DNA from: Macrostomum hystrix
Lineage: Eukaryota; Animalia; Platyhelminthes
Reading direction: 5' to 3'
Length of the DNA stretch: 64,000 nt
Assembly (NCBI GenBank): GCA_950097015.1
Contig: CATNEN010000038.1
Span: 62,001-126,000, forward strand
The notes below the pieces were generated by a model. The model ran no database searches. It was not told the origin of the DNA and saw only the letters and a list, made by a program, of their open reading frames with translations. Made by a program: the position numbers and the translations under genes. Shown piece by piece: positions 48,730 to 59,339 of the stretch; position 1 is the stretch's first letter; each line of letters opens with the position of its first letter.

Positions 48730-51700
48730 TTAGTTAGTTAGACGTTCCTGGCCGGGCAGGTCCGGGGGTCGGGTCAGCGACCCTATCGCCTGGAGATAGG
48801 ACAGGACACGGGGGCCGTCGTCGGATAGGATGGCCAGCGTCGGGTTAGGGCCGAGGACGCGGTTGCGGGTCTGGGCGTGAGCTGGGCATTCCAGCATCAC
48901 ATGCTTCAGGTCCTCCTCCTGGTGTCCGCAGTGCCCGCAGGACGCGGGCTGTTCTTGGTCAATCCGGTGGCGGTACTGGGCCAGCAGAGGCGAGTGGCCC
49001 GTGCGAAGTTGCGCTAGCGTGATCAACTCGCGTCTGCTGAGAGTCGCCTCGGACCTGCGGTCTTCGCGGAAGGCAGCGCGGTGCGTCCGGCAGTGTGGGT
49101 CCGCTTCGTAGGCAGCGCGAGCCTCGGCGGCCAGTGTGCGGCGGATCGCGGACTTGGCACTGTTTAGGTCGATTTCCGCTTGGTCTTGTGGGAGTCTGGC
49201 GGCGTCTTTTGCGAGGTTGTCCGCCAGGTCGTTGCGCCTCAGGTCACAGTGTCCTGGGACCCATTGGATAGTCACGTGGTGGTCCGCAGGGACTTTGAGG
49301 AGGAGGCGCCAGATGTCCCGGCCGCAGGGGGACAGGTGAGAGTGCGGGCCTTGTTCGAGCGATCGGATGAGGGCCTGCGAATCAGTGGCGCAACGCAGTT
49401 CTGCCGTGCCGGGCCATGGGACGCGCTCCAGGGCTGCTAGGAGACCAATGCGGAGGGCACACTCCTCCGCCCTAAAAGAAGAGCTGAACGCGCCCGCTGG
49501 AGCAGTCAGGTAGATTGGCGCGGCTCCGCGGATGAACAGGGCCGCACCGGATCCGCCTCTATTGGTGCCTCCGGAGGCCGAGCCGTCGGTCCAGAGTTCC
49601 AAGGCGGGTTCCGGAAGCCGGTCCAGCGTCTCCAGTGCGGCTTGGCGTCTGACGTGCGGGGGATCCTCCCGGTTGGTCGGTTTGGCGAGTTCCGCTGCGA
49701 AGTGGATCCTGTCGTTAGGCGATAGGGGAGGCGGTGGCACGTTGTCAGGTTCGCGCTTGGATCCCGCGAGGCCTGCGCGGGCGATCAGGCCATTGGCCTC
49801 CGTCCTCCAGTTGCGTCTGAAATCGCCGTGGTTGCCGTGAGCGCGGATTCTCGGTTGAACGTCGAGTTCGGCCAGCGTTCTGAGCGGTGTCTGTTGTCTT
49901 GCTCGCCGGGTTTTCTCCATCAGCGTAGCCGCAGCGGCCGTAGCCGAGGTGTTGAGTGGAGCCAGTCCGGCCTCTTTGAGGAGCGCGGCAGTCGGGGTGG
50001 ATCGGCAGCACCCCGAGATAACGCGCGCTGCGGCGAGGTGCTGGGTCTCAACTTCCCGGCGGCAGGCGTCGGACGCAAAGCTCATCCAAGAGGAGGCGCC
50101 GTGTAGGACCGCCGCTTCCGCGTAGGTGCGGTAAAGCTGTCTGAGAGATCTCGGGTCGCGCCCCCAGTCTCGACCAGCAAGGCACCTCAGGGCGCCTGTC
50201 CGCTTCTGCAGGTTGCGCTTTTGGACCGCCGCATGGTGGCGGAACGTGAGCTGTGAATCGAGGTACACGCCCAGCATCTTGGGGTGTTCCTCGAATGGGG
50301 CTGGCATGTCTCCGAGTCTGATATTTGGTCTCGCCTTGCCGTTTGTCTCACGTGGGTCGAGGGAGAAGTAGGTGACGACTGTTTTGGATTTGTTCAGGTC
50401 GACTTTCCAAGTCGTGCACCACTCGACGAGCCAGTTCGCCGCGCTTTGCAGTCTTGCTTCACAGATCTTCAAATTCGTGCCTTGTGCGCCAAAGGTCGTA
50501 TCGTCGGCGTACGCCAGAGAGAATATGTCCTCTGGGGCATCCTCCAACAGGTCATCGACGAACACCGTCCACAGAGTCGGGGCGATGACGGAGCCTTGGG
50601 GGAGGCCCTCAGGGAAGAGGCGTTGGGGGCTCTGATTGCCGTCCCAGGTCACAATGGCACGTCGATCGGAGATATACGAGTGAATCCAGCGGCGCGTGCA
50701 GGTCGGGACTTTCTTACGGCGTAACTTAGCGATGAGGGCCTGTCGCCACATGCGCTCGTATGCATGCGAAAAGTCCCCAAACAGCATCGCTGTACGGTTT
50801 GCCGGTTTTTTCTTCTGGAAGCCGTCGAAGACGTACTGGGATGCCGCGGCAATCTGCTCTTCGGTAGAGCGACCGCGGCGGAAGCCGGCCTGGGCCGGGT
50901 GGATGAGGTTCTCGGACTCCAGGTAGTGCGTGAGGCGTTCGTTAACCAGACGTTCCGCGACTTTCGCCGTGCAGGAAAGGAGGCAGATGGGGCGGTAGCT
51001 GGAGGTCGCGTCCGGGCTTTTCCCAGGCTTGTGTATCGGCCTGATGTCGCCGATTTTCCAGGCAGCGCAACACTGGCCGCTACGCCAAGAAAGGTTGATG
51101 GTGAAGAGGAGGAGCTCGATCCCCTTTGGCGGCAGATTCTTCAGCATCAAGTTGGAAATCCCGTCTAGCCCTGGGGCGGACCGGCTCGGGATGGCGCGGA
51201 GGGCTCGGGTGAGCGCCTCTAGGTCGAAGTCAGCACACATTCCCAGGCGTTGTCCGTTGCACGCACAGGGCTCATCAAGGGCTCTTCTGGCCTCAAGTTT
51301 GACTGTGTGGTCCCGCACTTTGTCTTTAGGAAGTTGCGCGACCGTTGCGTACTCTCTACAGAAAAGGTTGGCCTTTTGTGAGTTCGTGGTGGCGCAGCGG
51401 TTGGCCGAGTCCTTGATGGCTGCGGATGGTCTGGCCGCCGGTGTCCGCCCGTCGAGAACTCGGATTATTCTCCAGATCGCGGCCGAGTCCAGTTTATTGT
51501 AGTTGTCGGATATGAATTCTTGCCAGAGTGCCTCCTTGGCCCTACGGATGGACGCGGTGGCGAAAGCACCCGCGGCTTGATACGCCGCGGCGAGCTCGTC
51601 GTTGTCAGGATCCGTGCGGAGAGCTTCGAGGGCCTGACGTCTGGCGGTGCACGCAGCTTCGGCCTCAGGGCACCACCATGCTACTGGGGCTCGGCGCGAG

Positions 51701-52248
51701 CCCTGCGGAATCGCTCCTCGAGCGGCTGAACGGATGGCGTGGTTCAGTTTAACGGTTGCACCAGCGACCGAGCGTGGTGGGCGATGCTGCCAATGCTTGA
51801 GTTCTTCGGAAATGAGCTCGCGGAATAGGGTCCAGTCGGCCTTATGGTAGGCGAAGCGGGTCACCCGTTTCCGCTTAGGGGGCCTCTTGGAGCTGTTTCG
51901 AATCTCGATAACGATAGGGAGATGGTCGGATCCGATGTGTGCCTCCGTCTTCCAGGTCATCCGGTCTTGCCAGTTGGCCGGGACGAAGGTCACGTCCGGG
52001 GCGCTGGTCAGGCCTCTGGGGCTGATTCTGGTGAAGGAGCCATCGTTAAGCGCGACGTAGTCGAACGTCGTGGCCCAGTTTTCGAACTCGGTCCCCAGGG
52101 CGTCGTCGGTCTCGCAGCTCTCGTCCCACATCCCGTGGTGCGCGTTAATGTCGCCGAGGATAACGGTGTCGGGGCCGGATGGGAGCCAGTCTGGTTCGAA
52201 GTCGCTGACCCGTCCGTCTCCTGCACGGACCGGTGGGATGTAGAGGTT
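48730..52248 (-). CDS. LINE ORF: partial AP endonuclease, reverse transcriptase, RNase H, C-terminal CCHC finger (N-terminus missing)
   Basis: Open frame from NLYIPP...ILGDINAHH.MW...SAPDVTF...GSDHLPI (APE); SYRPICLLS, QAGFR, GLPQGS, YADD (RT); WTDGS...E...TDS...WVPGHC...NDLAD (RNase H); CGHC...EDLKHVMLEC. No stops or frameshifts. Confidence 0.93.
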   Translation of the reverse strand, partial: NLYIPPVRAGDGRVSDFEPDWLPSGPDTVILGDINAHHGMWDESCETDDALGTEFENWATTFDYVALNDGSFTRISPRGLTSAPDVTFVPANWQDRMTWKTEAHIGSDHLPIVIEIRNSSKRPPKRKRVTRFAYHKADWTLFRELISEELKHWQHRPPRSVAGATVKLNHAIRSAARGAIPQGSRRAPVAWWCPEAEAACTARRQALEALRTDPDNDELAAAYQAAGAFATASIRRAKEALWQEFISDNYNKLDSAAIWRIIRVLDGRTPAARPSAAIKDSANRCATTNSQKANLFCREYATVAQLPKDKVRDHTVKLEARRALDEPCACNGQRLGMCADFDLEALTRALRAIPSRSAPGLDGISNLMLKNLPPKGIELLLFTINLSWRSGQCCAAWKIGDIRPIHKPGKSPDATSSYRPICLLSCTAKVAERLVNERLTHYLESENLIHPAQAGFRRGRSTEEQIAAASQYVFDGFQKKKPANRTAMLFGDFSHAYERMWRQALIAKLRRKKVPTCTRRWIHSYISDRRAIVTWDGNQSPQRLFPEGLPQGSVIAPTLWTVFVDDLLEDAPEDIFSLAYADDTTFGAQGTNLKICEARLQSAANWLVEWCTTWKVDLNKSKTVVTYFSLDPRETNGKARPNIRLGDMPAPFEEHPKMLGVYLDSQLTFRHHAAVQKRNLQKRTGALRCLAGRDWGRDPRSLRQLYRTYAEAAVLHGASSWMSFASDACRREVETQHLAAARVISGCCRSTPTAALLKEAGLAPLNTSATAAAATLMEKTRRARQQTPLRTLAELDVQPRIRAHGNHGDFRRNWRTEANGLIARAGLAGSKREPDNVPPPPLSPNDRIHFAAELAKPTNREDPPHVRRQAALETLDRLPEPALELWTDGSASGGTNRGGSGAALFIRGAAPIYLTAPAGAFSSSFRAEECALRIGLLAALERVPWPGTAELRCATDSQALIRSLEQGPHSHLSPCGRDIWRLLLKVPADHHVTIQWVPGHCDLRRNDLADNLAKDAARLPQDQAEIDLNSAKSAIRRTLAAEARAAYEADPHCRTHRAAFREDRRSEATLSRRELITLAQLRTGHSPLLAQYRHRIDQEQPASCGHCGHQEEDLKHVMLECPAHAQTRNRVLGPNPTLAILSDDGPRVLSYLQAIGSLTRPPDLPGQERLTN

Positions 52249-52249
52249 A
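48732..52249 (-). mobile_element. Non-LTR retrotransposon, I group (Ingi-like), 5'-truncated inside the APE domain, (CTAA)n tail, 13-bp TSD
   Basis: TSD ATGCCTTGTAGTT at 48719-48731 and 52250-52262; 3' end ...GGAACGT-CTAA-CTAA-CTAA on the minus strand; single ORF with essentially no 3'UTR. Confidence 0.92.
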
Positions 52250-52859
52250 ATGCCTTGTAGTTCGTTGGTATTGTAGTGTCCTTATGCCTTGTTGTTCGTT
52301 GGTATTGTAGTGTCCTATGCCTTGTTGTTCGTTGGTATTGTAGTGTCATTATGTCTCGTAGTTCGTTGGTATTGTAGTGTCCTTATGCCTTGTAGTTCGT
52401 TGGTATTGTAGTGTCCTTATGCCTTGTAGTTCGTTGGTATTGTAGTGTCCTTATGCCTTGTAGTTCGTTGGTATTGTAGTGTCCTTATGCATTGTAGTTC
52501 GTTGGTATTGTAGTGTCCTATGCCTTGTAGTTCGTTGGTATTGTAGTGTCCTATGCCTTGTAGTTCGTTTGTATTGTGGTATCCTATGTCTATTTGCTGA
52601 ATTTTGTTGGATTCCTTTGGAATCGCATGTGCAGAGAAGTGCAGCAAGCATAGAAGAAGAACTAAAAGGTGATTCTAAATAAAAAAATTAGTAAATAGAT
52701 AACGTCTACAAGTAAATTTGAGAAAAATGAAATTGTGATATTTAGCTAACTGTATAAAAGCAATGAAAGAAATATATATATAGTAAAAACGACACTCCAA
52801 AAATATAATCAGACTACCAATAGACTGCAGAGAATATTTGTATTGTACTTTAAAAAGCT

Positions 52860-55800
52860 TTAAACAATACTGAAAAACAAGAGACTCAGTAAATAGGCTA
52901 ATATATTATTAGGCTGACTAGCTGCAGCGGAGCCAAAAGAAGAACACAAACCATCACCTGTGACTATATTCATTAAATTAAATGACGCACAGTCTGCAGT
53001 ATTTAAGCCAAAGCACTTGACATCACGCCTCGGCAGTCGCGGAGCCACTTCTTGACGTGTTCATCCTTTGCCCCCACCCATGATTATACAATGGAGCGGG
53101 TTTAAAGAGAAGAAAAACATTTTCAGCGAATGAATTAGCCAGAGAAGAGCAGAACACGGCCTGCTAGTATTGATTTCCCCAAGCTGAGGATAGAGCAGTT
53201 GAAAGAAAGCAAGAGAAGCCCCTGACAGTCAGTCTTAGCACCCATGCTTACAAATTCTTTAACTAAACTTTTAACTAAGCCACCATGGCAAATTCCATTT
53301 CACTTAACTTACCTGCAAAAAATCAATGTCTGTTTACTCCATTTTCTTCGCAAGATTTTAGAAAACACCTTACCTAAACAGTAGGGAGGTCCGACGCTCG
53401 GCTGCCAGAAGGCGGTGAAGCTGGGTCCCATTGTACAGTTGAGTAGTACAGTGCCAGCTGACGAGGTGTTCTCCCTGCAGGCGAATGCCACTCGGTCTCC
53501 CACCAGAAACGGACCGGACACCGATTCGGATATGCTCGAGGCGTTCAGCGGTCCGGTCAGCAGGCTGAGGTCCAGACCGAACTCACTGTCCGAGCAGGTG
53601 ACCGGCTGGCAGTTCAGTGAGCCGGTGGTCTGCCACTGCGGACCTGGAAGTTCAGGACAATGAGACGGTGAAAATCCGCACGAATTGAGGCCTCTACGAC
53701 GGACCAAGGTGGACCGCAAATCTACCTAGCTGGCAGATGGCCTCTCGGGTGCTCGCAAACGCGTCCTCGAAGCGACTGTTTGGCCAGCAGGTGACGTTGA
53801 TTGAGCTGTTCACAGGCATGTAGACTCGACCATCGCCCAAGGTCAGGCTGCTGAGGTTGTTGTTCGGAACGACAGTAGATCGCGTCAGGTTTCCAGGAAG
53901 CAGACAGGGCTTTGCATGGCACAGCGTCTCGCTAGTCAGATGTAGAGGCTGGTCGAACACCGTCCATTCTCCGGCGGTGCACACCGCCTGCAGGAAGTCT
54001 TGTGAGCCGCCTTGTAAGCTTGTATTAGCTGCTTGAGGGGCGAAGGCACTCGACTGGCAGGTCACGTTAGCAACAGCGTCCGGCGGGGTGTATCGAGTGC
54101 CTGAGAAGGCCACCTGTCCAAAGCCTACCTGCGCAGCAAGCTGGCTGTTGTTGCAATGCTCTGCGAATGTATTTGCGTTGGGTTTTAGGATCTAGCTAGC
54201 ATAAAATATCACAAACTTAGAAATGTTTCATTGGCAGCTCTGCTTATCTTAAACTGTGCTTCTTTGCAAAGAAGTATTTTTAATGTTTCTAGAGAAAGGA
54301 TCAGCTCGAAGGGCACAGGACAAAGCTTACTTCGGCAACTGAACGCGGTGTTAGATCCGATACCTTGCCACACCACGGCGTTCGAATCGCCATCGGACAG
54401 GCTGCACACAAACAGCTCACTGCAACCGGGCAGAGGAAAGTACGGCTCCAGACAACTCATTCGAATCAGAGTCGAGTAGGGTAGGTGAGAGCTATTTTCG
54501 AAGTTAAATGACGAGTTTATTCTCTCCATTCGTGCAGCCTGAGGTTGGAGTGACATAGCCTCCGGCTGCGAGCAGTTGAGCAGCTGGCATGGACCGGGAA
54601 CTGGCGGCTCCCAGCGGTTGCCCAGCTTGCAGGCAATGCTCAAGCGTAGATTTTGGGTTGTGCGAACGAAGCCTGGACGGCACTCGTAGCTGAGGCTATC
54701 GTCCACCTGCAGTCCAGTCGATGGCAATCCAGCCACCTCCTGCTCGAGGTTCAGCGAGCTGTACAAGCTGGAGTTGGCCAGCTCCGGAGGCAAAGTCATG
54801 CAGGCGATCGCGCGGCAGCTCAGGTTCGCGAAGTAGGACCAGCTGCTGTTGAGGCAGCGGATCACGAATCCGGCTGGACCGCTCGGCAGGCCGCCGACGC
54901 TGAAGTTTGCGTTGCACGTGAATGCGAGGCTGACCCCCTCCCAGGATTCGTTGCCCAGTGTGGCGTTCGCAACAGCGTTGACCACCGACGGCGGAGTGGC
55001 GATGCCGCCGCAGTAGCCCGGAGAGCATTCCATTCTCACCTGGCTCCAGGTGCCTCCGTTCTGACAGTTCGCCACCTGTCCAGATCCGGTGAAATCGGGC
55101 TTGCAGACGAAGGCGATCTGATCGCCGGGTCGGAAGGTGCCGTTTGATAGAAGGTTTGCGAGCTGCTGGCTGGTGGCAGTGCTGTACGCATAGGTTGAGG
55201 TCCCGGTAGTGAAGCTGCTGATGAGGACGGTGTCGTTCGGATATGCGGGCATGAGTCGACAAGGCGGCGACACGCAGGTCGGAATTCCTCTATCCCACAC
55301 TGCGTCCTGCTCGGTGCGAGAAAAAAACAAGTAAACCTGGACGAGACAATGACAAGACAGTCAGTGATAAATGGCCCAGCAAACCAACCCTGCATTCAAA
55401 ACTTGATTGTCATGTGATGGTTCGGTAGTTGCAATTTTAACATTGCTCCCTTAGCAGCCTCAATTGTTCCAGCCTTCCAATTTACGAAAGTCAATAGAAT
55501 GCTATTAATATGAACCATCTCGAACGTATCTAGAATGAAAAATTCAATCCAACTATTGCAGTTTGACCTGGGTGCATCGCCTGACAATGCTCGTGAGCCC
55601 CTCAGCGCCGGCAAAGACATAATTTGAAGCGCATGTGTACTCGATCTGCTGATATGGCAGCTTCCTGAGCTGCAGCTCCGATGCCGTCAAGGAGCTGTTC
55701 CAGGAAGCGCAGATGAGTCGCTTCTCACTCAGTTGATCGTCGTTGTGCGGGTTTGGGCAGGTCATGGCTGAAATCGGTAGATTGAACATTTATTTGTTTT

Positions 55801-58800
55801 AGTAGTACTCCTGAAAGCTAGCACTTCAAAAAATTGCTAGCAGTGCCTCTGTCCCCATCTGGCAGTGGTAAAACGTCAGTTAAATTCTAACCAGCGCAGA
55901 GAACGGCCACGTTGGAGTCGAAATCGACCCCCGAAACCTCTTTTGGCAGGGAGTCTTTCCACTTGTACTGCACAATGAGACCCTTCGTCTTGTCGTGCTT
56001 GAGCAGATCGTTGTTGATGCTGGATTGGCAGGGAATTCCCGGCAGGCAGAAGGACTGCCGCCGCCAGTTGGACATGCCAGTGTCAAACATCAGGGCCAGC
56101 ATCAGACAGTCATTATTTGAGATTCGGCCGTCCGGCAGAATTGAGCTCTCTAAAAAGCTCCTGCTCGTGAATTTGGAAAATTCGTGGATGAATTTAATGC
56201 TGAAAATCTGCGATTGATTGCCAATAACTGATCATAAAAAAATAATTATTGCAGGAGGGCTGCGGGCAATGGCCCATCTTTTTGTGACAGTAGACCGACA
56301 GCCAGCGAGGAGGCAATTCTGCCCATTTCGCTGACTCCCGAGCACACACGCACACAGATACCGTATGCGGGCACACGCTCACACAGGTGCGCACATCTGC
56401 TCTGACTTTCTCATCGTCAGGCAGTGCGCACTCTCACTGTGTCCCTCACAATTGTCGTAAATTTCTCGACAAGCCTTCGCGGCTGTGCCCCAAATTTAAT
56501 GTGGCCTCGCCGCGAAAGCGAGCTAAACACATTCCACTCTCCCCCCTGAATCACCGATCATAGCTGAAACAACGCTATCGTTTATATCTATTGAAGGGAG
56601 GTTTGTGGTTGGACAATGGTCGGACATTGGATTCACAGTTTCCTTTTCAAAATGTAGAGTAAGAAATGCGACGCGAAGAATGCAGACCAGAGTTTAGTCC
56701 GTTTTTCATCACTCTCTGCCTGGGCTGGCCTCCCGTTGCCTTTCTCGCACAGCAGATTGTACGAGCTCTTTGTGTACAGGTCGTCAGGCTTGTACTTGTT
56801 GGAGTGCACGCAGTAGCTCTGGTTCACCCACGGTCCGCCGTCCTCTGTTTGAACTAGGCTACTCGGACTGCAGGCTATGATGTCTTGCGCGGAGCCGTTG
56901 CCTAAAAGTGCGATTATCAGCAACGAACTCCTTTGAGACCATTATAAACTCTTGGCAAGATCGCAGTAAAAATGCAGTGGAACGATAGCAAATCCAGAGT
57001 ATTTATTTCCAAACACTCAGCAATTTAGAACCAATCGATAAAGCGAGATCTATATATAAAATGACAACGAGAGTTTGCCTCTCGCACCAATGTCCCTGAG
57101 CTCGCTTCCGCGCCGAGGCCACATTCATTCAGGGCACAGCCGCGGAGAGAAGGCTTGGGGGCTTGTCTTGCAAGTTACGCCCTTGAGGGACAACCTACAA
57201 AGCACAGTGAGAGTGTACACAGCCTGACGATGGGAAAGTCAGGCAGATGTGCGCACCTGTGTGAGCGTGTGCCTGTGTGCTAAGGAGTCAGCGGCAGAGG
57301 GGAAGAAATTTCTCCTCGCTGGCTGCGGGTCTAGTGTCACCAAATGATGAGCCATTGCCCGCAGCCCTCCAACAATTATTGTTATCATTATTAGCATTAT
57401 ATTTGTTTGCATCATTACCTCTTCGTGGCAATACATTTGCTATGCTTGAATGGTTGGGTCAGACGCGTAGTCGACAACACAGCCGCAGCTACTGCGCGGC
57501 GTATGTGAAAGCTGCATACGGCTGTTCAGTCCATGGACTGGGGACGCCCCACTCTTAACTACCACAGCTCGAACCCATTACCTGTGGTACCCAGCAAGGT
57601 GGGTGAACTAAAGCAATGCAGAGTTAAGTGTCTTGCAAAACTACACAAATTGTTCCATTGGAGTCTAGAATCGAACCCTTGACCTACAAGTCGTGAGTCC
57701 GACACTTTAACCATCACCAACTTAACTACCAAACAGGATACAACCCCTCGAAAATTAGAAAAATATTATTAAGGAAAGCTAACAATTCAAATCTTCCAAA
57801 CACAGCTGGGCAAATTATTTAAGACAATAAAAGAATGACACTGACGTACGCTGCGGAAAGTACTCGCACACTGGGTACATTTGAACTGCGGTGGACACTG
57901 CAGTGTACGAAAATGAACTCGCAATCTTCTTTATCGCGATCATGTTGAAGTGCTTGTCCACAGAAGCCTGGCTCCACTGATCAGCCGGCGGGGTGAAGCT
58001 CGGCCCGAACATGTTCCAGGCGAGTGGCGCGGGCGATCCTGCGGTGTAGGTGTACGGCTTGTATGTCCAGTTGGTGGCCAGCGCCTTGTCGTTTACAATG
58101 CTGCTGAGTGTGGCACTGAAGCGGATCAGAAATGTAATTGGGATTCAACTCAATCCTAGAGCTCGTTTAAAATAGATTTAAACATTTTTCGCTCTTTCCG
58201 ACGAAGCAACTCATTTAGAGTCACGGAACATCGGCATCGATGTTCAACAGGAATCCCTGACTATCTGTTGACCCGGGCGGTTTTGAAAATTAGTTCATCG
58301 TAATTGGCGGAAAATTTTGGTGAACTTTCATGAAAATCATTCAGTTTCAGAGCTATCGTGAAGTAGGCGGTGGGAATTGGCTAACACGTCTGTCTCTCGC
58401 AACAAGGTTCGTCAGCTCGATTCCGCGGCGAGGCCCCACTCCTATGGGCTGCAGCTGCGAAGAATAGTTATTGCTCTGTTTGGCAATGATAAACTCAGGG
58501 CAGATGTACACACTTGATAGCGTCTGAGTCTATGAGACTTTGGAAAGAGCAGAAATAATTTGGTGGCAAGGCCTTCCAGAATTCTTTTTTTTAATTAGAA
58601 CACAGGAAACTGGTACCTGAAAAAGAAGTCTCGGATTAGGGTTATAATAACATTATAATATTATAATAACCAGTGGACTAGGAGGCCCCGCGCCTGTTTT
58701 GTCTGTTTTGGTACTGGATAGAGAAATCTAGAATGCTAAAACCGCTAATTGGCAAGGTAATCTTGACTCACTTTTCAGCAAAGAGTTTAGTAAACGCGTC

Positions 58801-59052
58801 AAGCGCCCTGGTGTTGTTAACAGGTGTAAATATTCTTTGGTTGTTCTCAGTTATATTTGAGCACTCAGCTGCAAAGTTGGTGTACAGCTGCGTTGAGTCG
58901 AACTTGTTTGTTGAGTCGATTGGATAGCGAAAAATGTACTGCGTGCCTTGATAATCCATCTTGACGTAATCCCACAGGGAGGCCAAGCACACAGGTGCGT
59001 AGCAGCAGCACAGGAGCCACCACAGAAGGTTGCTTGTTGAGCACGATTGCAT
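52860..59052 (-). CDS. Secreted/surface glycoprotein: signal peptide, divergent C-type-lectin-like N-terminus, multiple sushi/CCP domains, hydrophobic GPI-type C-terminus
   Basis: Predicted exons 59052-58772 (LLWWLLCCCYAPVCLA signal), 58115-57850, 56901-~56690, ~56160-55892, 55767-55568, 55306-54331, 54160-53726, 53643-53374, 52957-52860. CCP patterns such as GDQIAFVCKPDFTGSGQVANCQNGGTWSQVRMEC and DSLSYECRPGF...CKLGNRWEPPVPGPC; many N-x-S/T sites. The exon 3/4 junction and last exon are less certain. Confidence 0.78.
56240..56525 (-). mobile_element. SINE family B copy (intron of the sushi gene)
   Basis: Reverse complement matches the family B body and the tail gccattgcccgcagccctcctgcaataattatt. 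Confidence 0.8.
57070..57400 (+). mobile_element. SINE family B copy (intron of the sushi gene)
   Basis: tttgcctctcgcaccaatgtccctgagctcgcttcc...gccattgcccgcagccctcc followed by an (att)n-like tail. Confidence 0.85.
57505..57712 (-). mobile_element. SINE family A copy
   Basis: Matches 8440-8679 (ggctgttcagtccatggactgg...ttaagtgtcttgc...gaatcgaacc...gtcgtgagtccgac). Confidence 0.78.
58362..58515 (+). mobile_element. Degenerate SINE family B fragment
   Basis: tctctcgcaacaagg...agctcgattccgcggcgaggcc...tcagggcagatgtacacac. Confidence 0.6.
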
Positions 59053-59339
59053 TGTCCCGAATTTTGAGCGCTGATCAGTCCTGCAAACTTCGCAAATCTT
59101 CTTAGCTAAATGTCTGCTTCTTACCCTTCGTCCTGCGCTTGCATTGTTTTCCATAGTAACGAGCTAACAGGTGGTCTCTTGCAGCTTCCATACTCTCATT
59201 GGCCAAGGCATGCCAAGAAATTATGGCCTCGCCATTCAAAAAAGCCCTATGCCTACTTTTTCAAAGAGTTCCAACTAGAGCTTGAAAGGAAAAAAGTTTT
59301 TTCGTTTTCTTCTTGACAGTGCTACGAAATGGCATCCAA

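Larger units (their letters stand above)
47415..52590. repeat. Minisatellite, 33-34-bp unit (tgtagttcgttggtattgtagtgtcctatgcct), split by the LINE (47415-48731 and 52250-52590)
   Basis: Same unit on both sides of the LINE; a ~544-bp higher-order duplication in the left part. Confidence 0.96.

Noticed and set aside
49136-52260. Many + strand ORFs over the LINE, and alternative-frame ORFs over the Gypsy ORF
   Set aside because: Shadow ORFs from GC-rich codon usage on the real coding frame.
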